In this document: positions 14,311 through 22,120 of the stretch, piece by piece
Layout: each line of letters opens with the position of its first letter
Numbering within the stretch: the stretch's first letter is position 1
Assembly: GCA_001192655.1 (NCBI GenBank)
Contig: BBVC01000063.1
Coordinates: 1 to 22,120, forward strand
Reading direction: 5' to 3'
Length of the DNA stretch: 22,120 nt
Origin: Caedimonas varicaedens
Lineage (GTDB): Bacteria > Pseudomonadota > Alphaproteobacteria > Caedimonadales > Caedimonadaceae
Position numbers and translations under genes: made by a program
Notes under the pieces: model-generated
Told to the model about the DNA's origin: nothing
The model's database searches: none
Seen by the model: the letters and a program-made list of their open reading frames with translations, nothing else

Positions 14311-16146
14311 ATGGCTAGGGCTATTCGACTTCTTCCACAAACGCTGATTAATCAAATTGCTGCGGGTGAAGTTGTTGAACGTCCTGCTTCTGTGGTTAAG
14401 GAATTGGTTGAGAATGCTATCGATGCAGGCGCTCGCAAAATTGATGTGACGCTTCGCGATGGCGGTCGAAGTCTCATTTTAGTGGAAGATAACGGTGGCG
14501 GCATGTCCGCCGAAGATCTGTTGTTGGCTGTTGAACGTCATGCCACTTCAAAAATACCTGATGAAGATCTCTTCAATATTCGAACGCTGGGATTTCGGGG
14601 AGAAGCTCTTCCTTCTATTGGCTCGGTCAGCCGCCTCACCCTGATTTCACGCCAGGAGCGGGAAGAAACAGCCTGGAAGCTTTTGGTTGAGGGAGGAGTG
14701 AAACATGAGCCTGAACCGACACCTGGCACGAGAGGAACCCGCGTGGAAGTGCGGGATCTTTTCTATGCGACGCCCGCACGCCTGAAATTTCTGAAAACAG
14801 CAACTACAGAAAATTCTCATGTGCTGGAAATACTTCAGCGTTTGGCCATGGTGCATCCAGAGATTGCCTTTAGCTTGAAAGATGACAAGAGAGATTTATT
14901 ATTGTTGCCATCTGTAGAGGGAGAAGAAAATTTATGCCAACGTATTACAGATATTATCGGGCGTGAATTCTCTGAAAATGTGATTCCTGTAGAAGCTGAG
15001 CGGGAAAGAGTTAAATTGGCTGGTTATGCTGGGATTCCGACGTTTAGTCGGGGGAATGCCCAGCATCAGTATCTTTTTGTTAATCAGCGACCTGTAAAGG
15101 ATAAAATCCTTTCAGCCGCCCTGAGAGTAGCCTACCAGGATTTTCTGGCGCGTGATCGTTATCCGCAAGTTGCTCTTTTTCTGACTTTACCGCCGGAAGA
15201 AGTAGATATGAATGTCCATCCCGCCAAAACAGAAGTCAGATTTCGGGACGTACAACTTATACGCACATTCATGATCAGTGCTCTTAAACATGCGTTGTCT
15301 CAGGCAGGCCACCGTACCTCAACAACAGTTGCTCAATCTGCACTCAGTATGTTGAAACCATCGATTCCGTTACCTTCCCACAGTTTTCCTTTTATGAAGC
15401 CAGCTTTCCATTCTTCGTCTTCTCCACGTTATGTTTCGATATCTTCTCGTTCTTCCTATACTCCCATGATGGCAATAAATGACAGTTTGGAAAGTATTCC
15501 TCGCCAAGAGATTCCAGATACTGCTTTTTCTAGGACATCTACATCTCAAGAAGAGACGTTCTCCTCATTTCCTTTGGGAAAAGCACAAGCACAGGTTCAT
15601 GATACCTATATTATTGCTGAAGCCGAGAACGGTATTGTGATTGTTGATCAACATGCGGCTCATGAACGCCTCGTTTATGAAAACCTCAAGAAAGAAGCCA
15701 TGGGAGCCGGTGTAAAAAGCCAAGGACTCCTCATTCCTGAAATCATCACCTTGCCGGAGAACGATGTCGTCCTGCTTTTAGATCATCAAAAGGAATTTCT
15801 TTCCTTCGGGCTTGAATTGGAAGCCTTCTCCTCTACGGCTGTTCTTGTTCGCGCAACGCCAGCCTTGTTGGGAAATCCAGATATTCGTTCTCTCATTCTC
15901 GATCTTCTGGATGAAATTCGGGAAAGCGGGGAAAATATAAATCTGAAAGGTAGACTCGAGGAAATTTGCTCTTCCATGGCCTGTCATGGCAGTATTCGTG
16001 CAGGTCGCAAATTAACTCTTGAAGAAATGAACGCGCTTTTGCGACAAATGGAAGGCACACCTTATTCGGGTCAGTGCAATCATGGAAGACCAACCTATGT
16101 TGAATTAAAAAAGACGGATATTGAGCGTCTTTTTGGTCGAAGATGA
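14311..16146 (+). CDS. mutL: DNA mismatch repair protein MutL (endonuclease-proficient type)
   Basis: GHKL ATPase motifs: IAAGEVVERPASVVKELVENAIDAG, DNGGGM, GFRGEAL. C-terminal endonuclease motifs: DQHAAHERLVYE, ACHGSIRAG, CNHGRPT. Putative clamp-binding motif QGLLIP. Confidence 0.95.
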   Translation: MARAIRLLPQTLINQIAAGEVVERPASVVKELVENAIDAGARKIDVTLRDGGRSLILVEDNGGGMSAEDLLLAVERHATSKIPDEDLFNIRTLGFRGEALPSIGSVSRLTLISRQEREETAWKLLVEGGVKHEPEPTPGTRGTRVEVRDLFYATPARLKFLKTATTENSHVLEILQRLAMVHPEIAFSLKDDKRDLLLLPSVEGEENLCQRITDIIGREFSENVIPVEAERERVKLAGYAGIPTFSRGNAQHQYLFVNQRPVKDKILSAALRVAYQDFLARDRYPQVALFLTLPPEEVDMNVHPAKTEVRFRDVQLIRTFMISALKHALSQAGHRTSTTVAQSALSMLKPSIPLPSHSFPFMKPAFHSSSSPRYVSISSRSSYTPMMAINDSLESIPRQEIPDTAFSRTSTSQEETFSSFPLGKAQAQVHDTYIIAEAENGIVIVDQHAAHERLVYENLKKEAMGAGVKSQGLLIPEIITLPENDVVLLLDHQKEFLSFGLELEAFSSTAVLVRATPALLGNPDIRSLILDLLDEIRESGENINLKGRLEEICSSMACHGSIRAGRKLTLEEMNALLRQMEGTPYSGQCNHGRPTYVELKKTDIERLFGRR

Positions 16147-16162
16147 AATAAAATACTTTTTC

Positions 16163-16192
16163 TTGATTTTAGGGTTATATTTTGTATATAGT
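16163..16192 (+). promoter_or_regulatory. Candidate sigma70-type promoter for glmM (TTGATT - 18 nt - TATAGT, with an alternative register)
   Basis: -35-like TTGATT at 16163-16168 and an AT-rich -10 region TATATAGT at 16185-16192. It lies about 40 nt upstream of the glmM ATG, whose SD is AAGGA. This is pattern matching only. Confidence 0.25.
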
Positions 16193-16232
16193 CTCAGGTT
16201 AATTTAGAAATGAATAAAGGATAGCGTTCAGA

Positions 16233-17585
16233 ATGCGTAAGTTTTTTGGAACAGATGGTATGCGTGGCCGAGCAAATGCTGCGCCTATGACTCCTGACAT
16301 TATTATGAAAGTTGCCGTTGCGACGGGCAGTTATTTTAAAAAAGGACGCACACATCCAAAAGTTGTTATTGGCAAAGATACGCGTCTTTCAGGTTATATG
16401 ATTGAACCCGCTCTGGTTTCAGGATTTGTCGGGGTTGGGATGGATGTGATGCTGGTTGGTCCTTTGCCAACTCCCGCTATTTCAATGCTTGTAAGATCTT
16501 TGCGTGCGGATTTGGGTGTTATGATTTCAGCTTCACATAATCCTCATGAAGATAATGGAATCAAATTGTTTGACCGGGATGGCTTCAAATTAAGCGATCA
16601 AGTTGAACGGGAAATCGAAGCCCGAGTTATGGAAGACGGTTTGTATGGACTCGTTCCAGCTTCCGAATTGGGTCGCGCGAAACGCCTGGAAGATGCACCG
16701 GGTCGGTATATAGAGTTTGTAAAAAGTACTTTTCCCAAACACCTTCGGCTTGATGGTCTTAAGATTATCCTGGATTGCGCTCATGGAGCCGCTTATAAAG
16801 TTGCTCCTACAGTTTTTTGGGAGCTTGGCGCTGACGTTATTTCCATTGGAGATCAACCTGATGGATTCAATATCAATCATGAATGTGGAGCCACAAACGT
16901 TTCTGCCTTGCAAGAGGCTGTTCTTTATCATCAGGCTGACGTGGGGATCGCCTTGGATGGAGATGCGGATCGAATCGTCATGATTGATGAAAAAGGAAAG
17001 ATTCTGGATGGTGATCAACTCCTTGCTGTGATCGCAAAGGCATGGTTGGAAAAAGACACTCTGAGGGGAAATTGTGTCGTTGGCACATCAATGACCAACC
17101 TGGGGTTTGAAAGATTTCTTGATAATCTGGGGTTGCGCTTGATCAGAACGCCTGTAGGTGATCGATATGTTTCTGAATATATGCGAACCCATCAGTGCAA
17201 TGTGGGGGGAGAACAATCTGGGCATATTATTCTAAGTGATTATGCAAGAACAGGCGATGGGTTGGTGGGAGCACTTCAAATTCTGGCAGTGATGGTGGAG
17301 AAGCAGAAACGAACATCTGAACTTTCTCATATCTTTACCCCTTTCCCTCAGGTTTTAAAGAATATACGGTTTCAGAAGGAAGCACCTCTTGAAGATCCTG
17401 ATGTCCAAAAAGCGATTGAAACTGCTATTGAAAAATTAGGACTTGATGGGTCGCTGGTTGTAAGAAAATCAGGAACCGAACCCTTGATCAGGCTGATGGC
17501 TCAGGGAGAAAACGAAGATTTTCTGCATCATATTATTGATGACATTATTTTCATCATGGACAGACAGGGGTTCATTCAAAAATAA
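16233..17585 (+). CDS. glmM: Phosphoglucosamine mutase
   Basis: 450 aa. Active-site Ser loop SASHNPHEDNGIK, metal loop DGDADR, sugar loop GGEQSGH, phosphate loop RKSGTEPLIR. The N-terminus MRKFFGTDGMRG is typical. Confidence 0.95.
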   Translation: MRKFFGTDGMRGRANAAPMTPDIIMKVAVATGSYFKKGRTHPKVVIGKDTRLSGYMIEPALVSGFVGVGMDVMLVGPLPTPAISMLVRSLRADLGVMISASHNPHEDNGIKLFDRDGFKLSDQVEREIEARVMEDGLYGLVPASELGRAKRLEDAPGRYIEFVKSTFPKHLRLDGLKIILDCAHGAAYKVAPTVFWELGADVISIGDQPDGFNINHECGATNVSALQEAVLYHQADVGIALDGDADRIVMIDEKGKILDGDQLLAVIAKAWLEKDTLRGNCVVGTSMTNLGFERFLDNLGLRLIRTPVGDRYVSEYMRTHQCNVGGEQSGHIILSDYARTGDGLVGALQILAVMVEKQKRTSELSHIFTPFPQVLKNIRFQKEAPLEDPDVQKAIETAIEKLGLDGSLVVRKSGTEPLIRLMAQGENEDFLHHIIDDIIFIMDRQGFIQK

Positions 17586-17707
17586 ATTTGATGTTCAGGG
17601 TCTATAAATTTTATTTGAAGCACCTATCGTAAAAGTTATATTATAGGCTTGTTTTTAGCCTTCACATAAAAAATCAGGCATAATAGGTTTTACCAAAAGG
17701 GGGACTT

Positions 17708-18607
17708 ATGGTCGACAGTTCTCATTTTCATGATGCGTCCTTACTTGCCAGGCGTGCAACTTATGCTTCAGTATCTGTTGCAGGCATTTTAATTCTGGCA
17801 AAGTTGTTTGCCTGGCTGTGGACAGATTCCCTAAGTCTTCAGGCCACCCTTGTCGATTCGCTTCTTGATGCGGCTGCCTCCCTTCTTAATTTGGTTGCTG
17901 TTCGGCAGGCATACCGTCCCCCTGATAAAGAACACCGATTTGGTCATGGCAAGATTGAAGCTGTGGCTGCGTTGGGTCAATCTCTTTTTATTTCAGGATC
18001 TTCCGCATGGTTAATGCTGGAAGCTTCTCACCGATTTCTGCATCCTCAAAGAGTTGAATCTACCGGTGTGGGTATTATCGTGATGATTTTTGCGATTCTG
18101 CTGACTCTTTTACTCATTACGTATCAGAGTTATGTCATTCGTAAAACACGGTCACCAGCTATTCTAGCAGATTCCATACACTACCGTTCCGATGTGCTGA
18201 TTAATGGAAGTGTTATTATTGCGCTTATGGCCGGAGAATGGTTGAACACGACATACCTGGATCCTCTCTTTGGTTTGGGAATCTCACTTTACATTCTCTG
18301 GACGGCCTGGAACATTTCCAAAGATTCCTTTCATATTCTTATAGATCGGGAGTTACCGGACGAGTCCCGCGAGAAAATCTTTAAAATCGCTCTCGGTCAT
18401 CCAAAAATTTTAGGGTGCCATGATTTGAAAACCCGTTCGTCGGGTCGGCATAGTTTTATTCAGCTTCATATTGAAATGGATGGAGATCTCTCTCTCAGAG
18501 AAGCCCATATGATTAGCGAACAAGTGATAGAAGCGCTGGAAAAAGAGTTTCCTCAATCAGAAGTTATTCTACATGAAGACCCCAAAACAGAAGGGAAAAC
18601 ATTATAG
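17708..18607 (+). CDS. Cation diffusion facilitator family metal efflux transporter (FieF/YiiP-like)
   Basis: 299 aa with about 6 TM segments and a cytoplasmic C-terminal domain. Site-A ligands match the YiiP pattern: DSLLD in TM2 and HYRSD in TM5. AGGGGG SD upstream. Confidence 0.87.
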   Translation: MVDSSHFHDASLLARRATYASVSVAGILILAKLFAWLWTDSLSLQATLVDSLLDAAASLLNLVAVRQAYRPPDKEHRFGHGKIEAVAALGQSLFISGSSAWLMLEASHRFLHPQRVESTGVGIIVMIFAILLTLLLITYQSYVIRKTRSPAILADSIHYRSDVLINGSVIIALMAGEWLNTTYLDPLFGLGISLYILWTAWNISKDSFHILIDRELPDESREKIFKIALGHPKILGCHDLKTRSSGRHSFIQLHIEMDGDLSLREAHMISEQVIEALEKEFPQSEVILHEDPKTEGKTL

Positions 18608-18621
18608 CAAGCACCTTTTTT

Positions 18622-19734
18622 TTATACACGCATGGGCATGAGAACATAGAGGGATCGAGCATCTGCCAGATTCTGAATGATAACTGCCGTATTTGTGTCT
18701 GCAAAAGAAAATTCAGCTTCATCATTCTCCATCTGTTTGGCAATATCCATTAAATATTTTGAGTTAAATCCAATTTCGATAGACTCTGCTCCATAATGAG
18801 CTTCTATCTCCTCAACTGCGCTGCCAATTTCTGAACTGACAGAAGATAAAATAAGTTTTCCTGATTGTGCTTCTATCTTCAATCCTCGTGAATGTTCAGA
18901 TGAAATAATCGCCACTCTTTCTACCGCTTTTAAAAAGGGATTGACCTGCAGGCGTACGACTTTGTTATTTCCGTTGGGGATTGCTTTTTCATAGTCAGGA
19001 AAAACTCCGTCAATCAGTCGTGAAGACAAAAATACATTTTCAAAAGTAAAGGTAATCTGGGTTTCAGAAAGACGAATATCCACGTCTGAGTTTTGATCCG
19101 GCAAAATTTTCAAAATCTCATTCACTGTCTTGCGAGAAATAATAATACCTGGAAAATCTTCAGCGCCTTCCGGAAGAGGAACGCTGACACGCGCCAGACG
19201 ATGTCCATCTGTTGCAACAGCTCTTAGCTCTTGATTTTGGTAAGGGTGGATATAAATCCCATTTAAATAATAGCGCGTTTCCTCTGTTGACATCGCGAAC
19301 TCTGTTCTGTTCAGCAAACGCAGCAAGTCTTTTGCGGGAATTTTGAAATGATAGGGTAATTCCGTAATCTGTACAGATGGAAATTCTTTAGTGGGCAAAC
19401 AGGAAAGAGTAAATCGCGATGCTCCAGAGTTCAGCAATAATTGATTCCCATTCTCTTTCATCTGAAGTGTTATTTTTGCACCATCTGGAAGTTTTCGTAC
19501 AATTTCATAAAACATACTTTCAAGGACTGTGGCTGAACCCTCCATCTCTACATCAGCGTCTATCACTTCGATAATGGTCAATTCAAGATCGGTGGCTGTA
19601 ATCTTTAATTTTGTCCCCTCTGTCTGTAATAAGACGTGGGACAGGGCAGGAATCGTTGTTTTTTTCTCGACAACGCTATGAGAATGCCCAAGCGCTTTCA
19701 TGAGATCATTGCGTTCAACATAAATTTTCATCAT
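18622..19734 (-). CDS. dnaN: DNA polymerase III beta subunit (sliding clamp)
   Basis: 370 aa. The N-terminus (..L..AL......VEKKTTIPALSHVLL....G.LKITATDLEL) and the C-terminus (YVLMPMRV) are characteristic of beta clamps. Start is ATG 19734 or the adjacent ATG 19731. Confidence 0.93.
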   Translation of the reverse strand: MMKIYVERNDLMKALGHSHSVVEKKTTIPALSHVLLQTEGTKLKITATDLELTIIEVIDADVEMEGSATVLESMFYEIVRKLPDGAKITLQMKENGNQLLLNSGASRFTLSCLPTKEFPSVQITELPYHFKIPAKDLLRLLNRTEFAMSTEETRYYLNGIYIHPYQNQELRAVATDGHRLARVSVPLPEGAEDFPGIIISRKTVNEILKILPDQNSDVDIRLSETQITFTFENVFLSSRLIDGVFPDYEKAIPNGNNKVVRLQVNPFLKAVERVAIISSEHSRGLKIEAQSGKLILSSVSSEIGSAVEEIEAHYGAESIEIGFNSKYLMDIAKQMENDEAEFSFADTNTAVIIQNLADARSLYVLMPMRV

Positions 19735-19739
19735 TCAGC

Positions 19740-19812
19740 CTATATCCTCTTGTATTGATAGATTCCTATATGCTTACCATACTCACTGTATTTGCGCTAG
19801 AGAAGGATATAG
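19740..19812 (-). promoter_or_regulatory. Inverted repeat in the dnaN leader: CUAUAUCCU(U) (19812-19803) can pair with (G)AGGAUAUAG (19749-19740), which contains the dnaN SD
   Basis: The 9-bp arms at 19740-19748 and 19804-19812 are exact reverse complements, and one G-U pair can extend the stem. The SD (AGAGGA, 19750-19745 on the minus strand) overlaps the 3' arm. The loop is about 55 nt. Function is inferred. Confidence 0.3.
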
Positions 19813-19868
19813 CGCACGAAACAAATATCCAAAACTCTCAGGAAATAGACTCTTGAGAGATAATCTGA

Positions 19869-19897
19869 TTGCTCAGATGAGCGAGTCTCTGTAATAT
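19869..19897 (+). promoter_or_regulatory. Candidate sigma70-type promoter for the ppiD-like gene (TTGCTC - 17 nt - TAATAT)
   Basis: The hexamers are spaced 17 nt apart and lie about 35 nt upstream of ATG 19932, whose SD is GAGG at 19920-19923. This is pattern matching only. Confidence 0.25.
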
Positions 19898-19931
19898 CAT
19901 CAGAAAACTGAAAAAATTTGAGGTTTCTTTC

Positions 19932-21575
19932 ATGCTCATTGAATCGATTCGCAAACACTCGGGATCTTGGTGGTTTCGCACCTTTCTGTTTATCCTGGCA
20001 GTGACATTCGGAGTGCTATGGTACGGTCAGGATGTTTTAACAGGGACACGTGGTGGTGTCAGCAATCTTGCGTCGGTCGGGGGAACAAAGATTAATCTAC
20101 ATCAATTCTCTCAGTCCCTATCGCAAGAACTGTCACATCTTCAGGGAATCTCCAAAACAATCATTCCCCCTGAACAGCAACAAAAGCTCTATCCTCATGT
20201 GCTTGAAAATCTGGTGACTAATTTACTTTTTCAGCGAGAAACAGAACGTTTAGGGCTTGTCATTCCTGATGAAGCAGTGAGGCGCGCCATTACACAAGAC
20301 CAGGGCTTTAAAAAAGAAGATGGCAGCTTTGATCGAGATCGGTTTAACGCTTTTCTTCAAAATACTGGAATGCGTGAAAGCACTTTTGTTGAAACGCTTC
20401 GACGGGATATGCTCATACGTGAACTTGTCCAAACGCTCTTTAGTGGCATTACAGTTCCACAATCACTGCTCTCTCGCATGTACAGCTATGATAATCAGCG
20501 ACGGGTTTTAGATATTGTTTCTATCGAAAGCGCAAAAATGCCATTAGAAAAAGACCCTTCGGATAATGAAATTCTGGATTATTTTAAAAAGAATCCTGCC
20601 AAATTTGTTGCCCAGGAATATCGGGATATTTCTGTAATTGTTCTCACCCCCTTTCTGATTAAACAGGAAACTCCTCTAACAGATTCTCAATTTCAACAGG
20701 CATATCAGGCACGCATAGATGAATTTAACGGAAAAACTCTTGATCAGGTGAAGGAACAATTAAAAGAGAGCCTCGAAAAACAGGTAGCAAGCGAAAAACT
20801 TTTTGAACTCTCTAACAAGATTGACGATGCCATGGCCGGCGGGGCCAGCCTGGAAGAAATTTCCAAGACATATAACGCGCCCATCAAAACTTTTTCCCGG
20901 ATGGGGAAAGATGGTTTTTTTGCTTCAAAAGATGCTAATTCGTTGCCTTTGTCTGATCCCCTGGAAATACGCATTGTGACTGAAGCGTTTGGCGAAAAAG
21001 AAGGAGAATCAACCAAAATCATTGAGACAGGCGACGGAAACTTTTTTCTGGCGCGGGTTGATAAGGTTTATTCTGCTCATCCCATGACATTTGATGAAAG
21101 CAAGGAAAAAGCAAAAAATCTTCTCATCCAGCATTTAAAAAGCCAAAAGGCAAAAGAAATAGTTCTGGATATTGAACATCAGGTGAATCGAGGAGGGCTT
21201 TTCTCAATGATTGCCCAACAAAAAGGATTACGCATTTCGCAAATTCGAGTGAGCAGAAAAGGACCTCTGGCGCCTATAGCGTTCTATCTTCCTGAAAATT
21301 TTATCGAAGCACTTTACCATATTCGTGTGGGCGGAGCAAAAGCAGCTTCGTATATCAATGACCATAACCAGCGTGATTTTATTGTGGGAAGTGTTGTCAA
21401 GGTAGAGCCTGTACAAATGCAAGGGGCAGACGAGAAAATTAAAGAGTTTAAGGATCAACTGAAACAGGAAATCTTCAACGACTTATTGGTTCAGTACATT
21501 TCCTCGCTGCGTAAAATTTTCCCTGTTGAATATAATAACAAGGCGATCGAGCGTCTGTTAAGGAGTCCATCGTAA
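19932..21575 (+). CDS. ppiD: PpiD-like periplasmic chaperone (SurA N-terminal-domain protein, membrane-anchored)
   Basis: 547 aa. The N-terminus MLIESIRKHSGSWWFRTFLFILAVTFGVLW (cytoplasmic stub plus a single TM) is the typical PpiD signature, followed by a long helical chaperone-like region. I saw no clear parvulin catalytic signature by eye. Confidence 0.7.
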   Translation: MLIESIRKHSGSWWFRTFLFILAVTFGVLWYGQDVLTGTRGGVSNLASVGGTKINLHQFSQSLSQELSHLQGISKTIIPPEQQQKLYPHVLENLVTNLLFQRETERLGLVIPDEAVRRAITQDQGFKKEDGSFDRDRFNAFLQNTGMRESTFVETLRRDMLIRELVQTLFSGITVPQSLLSRMYSYDNQRRVLDIVSIESAKMPLEKDPSDNEILDYFKKNPAKFVAQEYRDISVIVLTPFLIKQETPLTDSQFQQAYQARIDEFNGKTLDQVKEQLKESLEKQVASEKLFELSNKIDDAMAGGASLEEISKTYNAPIKTFSRMGKDGFFASKDANSLPLSDPLEIRIVTEAFGEKEGESTKIIETGDGNFFLARVDKVYSAHPMTFDESKEKAKNLLIQHLKSQKAKEIVLDIEHQVNRGGLFSMIAQQKGLRISQIRVSRKGPLAPIAFYLPENFIEALYHIRVGGAKAASYINDHNQRDFIVGSVVKVEPVQMQGADEKIKEFKDQLKQEIFNDLLVQYISSLRKIFPVEYNNKAIERLLRSPS

Positions 21576-22120
21576 GCACCACGGACGATTTCCTGACCAA
21601 TCCACCACCGTTTGAAGAATGAATCCTTGAGGCGTAATCCAAATAAGATATCCCCCTTTTTCAACGAGTTGCTCAAACTCGAGGGTTTCCCTGCTTTTCT
21701 GGTGAATGAGACGGCATGACCAATCCTGACAAAATGATTCTTTTTCTTCCTCAAGGAAAATGTTTCCGGATGACGTCTGTAAAAAATGTCCTTTGTCTGT
21801 AGAAGAAAGAAGATTTTGTTTTTTATTTTTCAACAGTTTGTCAAATTTATCACATTCTTTTGCTGCCGCTATTTTCATCCAGCTTTCCCTTGCAAATCGT
21901 CCCGAGCGAAGAGAATTAACCCACACTTTCTGACTTTCTCCCGCAAAGGAAATGAGTTTTTTTTCTGCAAGAACGTATAAATCGGGAGGGCGATTGACCC
22001 ACATTATGCCGACACAAGAAACAATCCCTATCCATCCTGCCCATCTCCAGGAAGTCTTCCAAAGAGCCAACCATAAGGCGCCCAGCGTAAATAATCCAAG
22101 CCCCAGAGTGTCAACATCGG
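21558..22120 (-). CDS. C-terminal part of a membrane protein, ComEC/Rec2-like (partial; continues beyond the right edge)
   Basis: The frame is open from 22118 with no stop, so the TTG 'start' at 22070 in the ORF track is probably internal. There are two hydrophobic segments, then a soluble tail with scattered Cys that ends GNRPW.... This resembles the tails of alphaproteobacterial ComEC homologues as I recall them. The assignment is tentative. Confidence 0.45.
   Translation of the reverse strand, partial: DVDTLGLGLFTLGALWLALWKTSWRWAGWIGIVSCVGIMWVNRPPDLYVLAEKKLISFAGESQKVWVNSLRSGRFARESWMKIAAAKECDKFDKLLKNKKQNLLSSTDKGHFLQTSSGNIFLEEEKESFCQDWSCRLIHQKSRETLEFEQLVEKGGYLIWITPQGFILQTVVDWSGNRPWCLRWTP

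Noticed and set aside
16590-17018. 142-aa minus-strand ORF inside glmM, and a 77-aa plus-strand alternate-frame ORF at 16750-16983
   Set aside because: They fall entirely within the strongly supported glmM frame and have no independent signals.
19770-19856. 28-codon ORF (MLTILTVFALEKDIAHETNIQNSQEIDS) in the dnaN/ppiD intergenic region
   Set aside because: There is no SD upstream, it is short, and it lies in a probable promoter or leader region. There is no evidence for coding.
18622-19931. dnaN as a marker of a nearby replication origin
   Set aside because: There is no dnaA gene adjacent, and I found no cluster of DnaA-box-like TTATCCACA sequences in the flanking intergenic DNA. Separation of dnaN from dnaA and oriC is normal in Alphaproteobacteria.
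1-22120. Search for tRNA/rRNA genes, CRISPR repeats, IS or transposase or integrase genes, phage genes, toxin-antitoxin pairs and defence-system genes
   Set aside because: Intergenic space is minimal and every sizeable ORF is accounted for by a recognisable housekeeping family. I noticed no T-loop-like GGTTCGAAT motif and no regularly spaced direct repeats.

Overview
The window looks like a compact, syntenic core-genome segment of a moderately AT-rich alphaproteobacterium. GC is roughly low 40s percent, judged by eye and not computed. The alphaproteobacterial call rests on a membrane-anchored mitochondrial-type cytochrome c, the run lspA / DUF3035-like lipoprotein / paired M16 peptidases, and an endonuclease-type MutL. 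I call 17 protein genes, all with intact frames. On the minus strand: cycM-like cytochrome c followed by yejA-yejB-yejE-yejF (peptide/microcin-C-type ABC importer). On the plus strand: ileS, lspA, a lipoprotein, an active plus an inactive M16 peptidase, short-form pgi, mutL, glmM and a CDF metal exporter. After these come dnaN (-), a PpiD-like periplasmic chaperone (+), and the 3' part of a ComEC/Rec2-like membrane protein (-) that runs off the right edge. I see no tRNA, rRNA, CRISPR array, transposase, integrase, phage gene or recognisable defence or toxin module. I do not find convincing evidence for a novel multi-gene system; this reads as ordinary housekeeping DNA. Two signals are left unexplained by the gene calls. 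One is a cluster of four AATTCCGA motifs, including a perfect 8+2+8 palindrome, in the at least 274-bp non-coding left edge. The other is a 9-10 bp inverted repeat in the dnaN leader that could sequester its Shine-Dalgarno. Other notes concern operon compaction, non-ATG starts, convergent gene overlap and protein-family variants. All family assignments come from motif recognition by eye and need HMM or BLAST confirmation.
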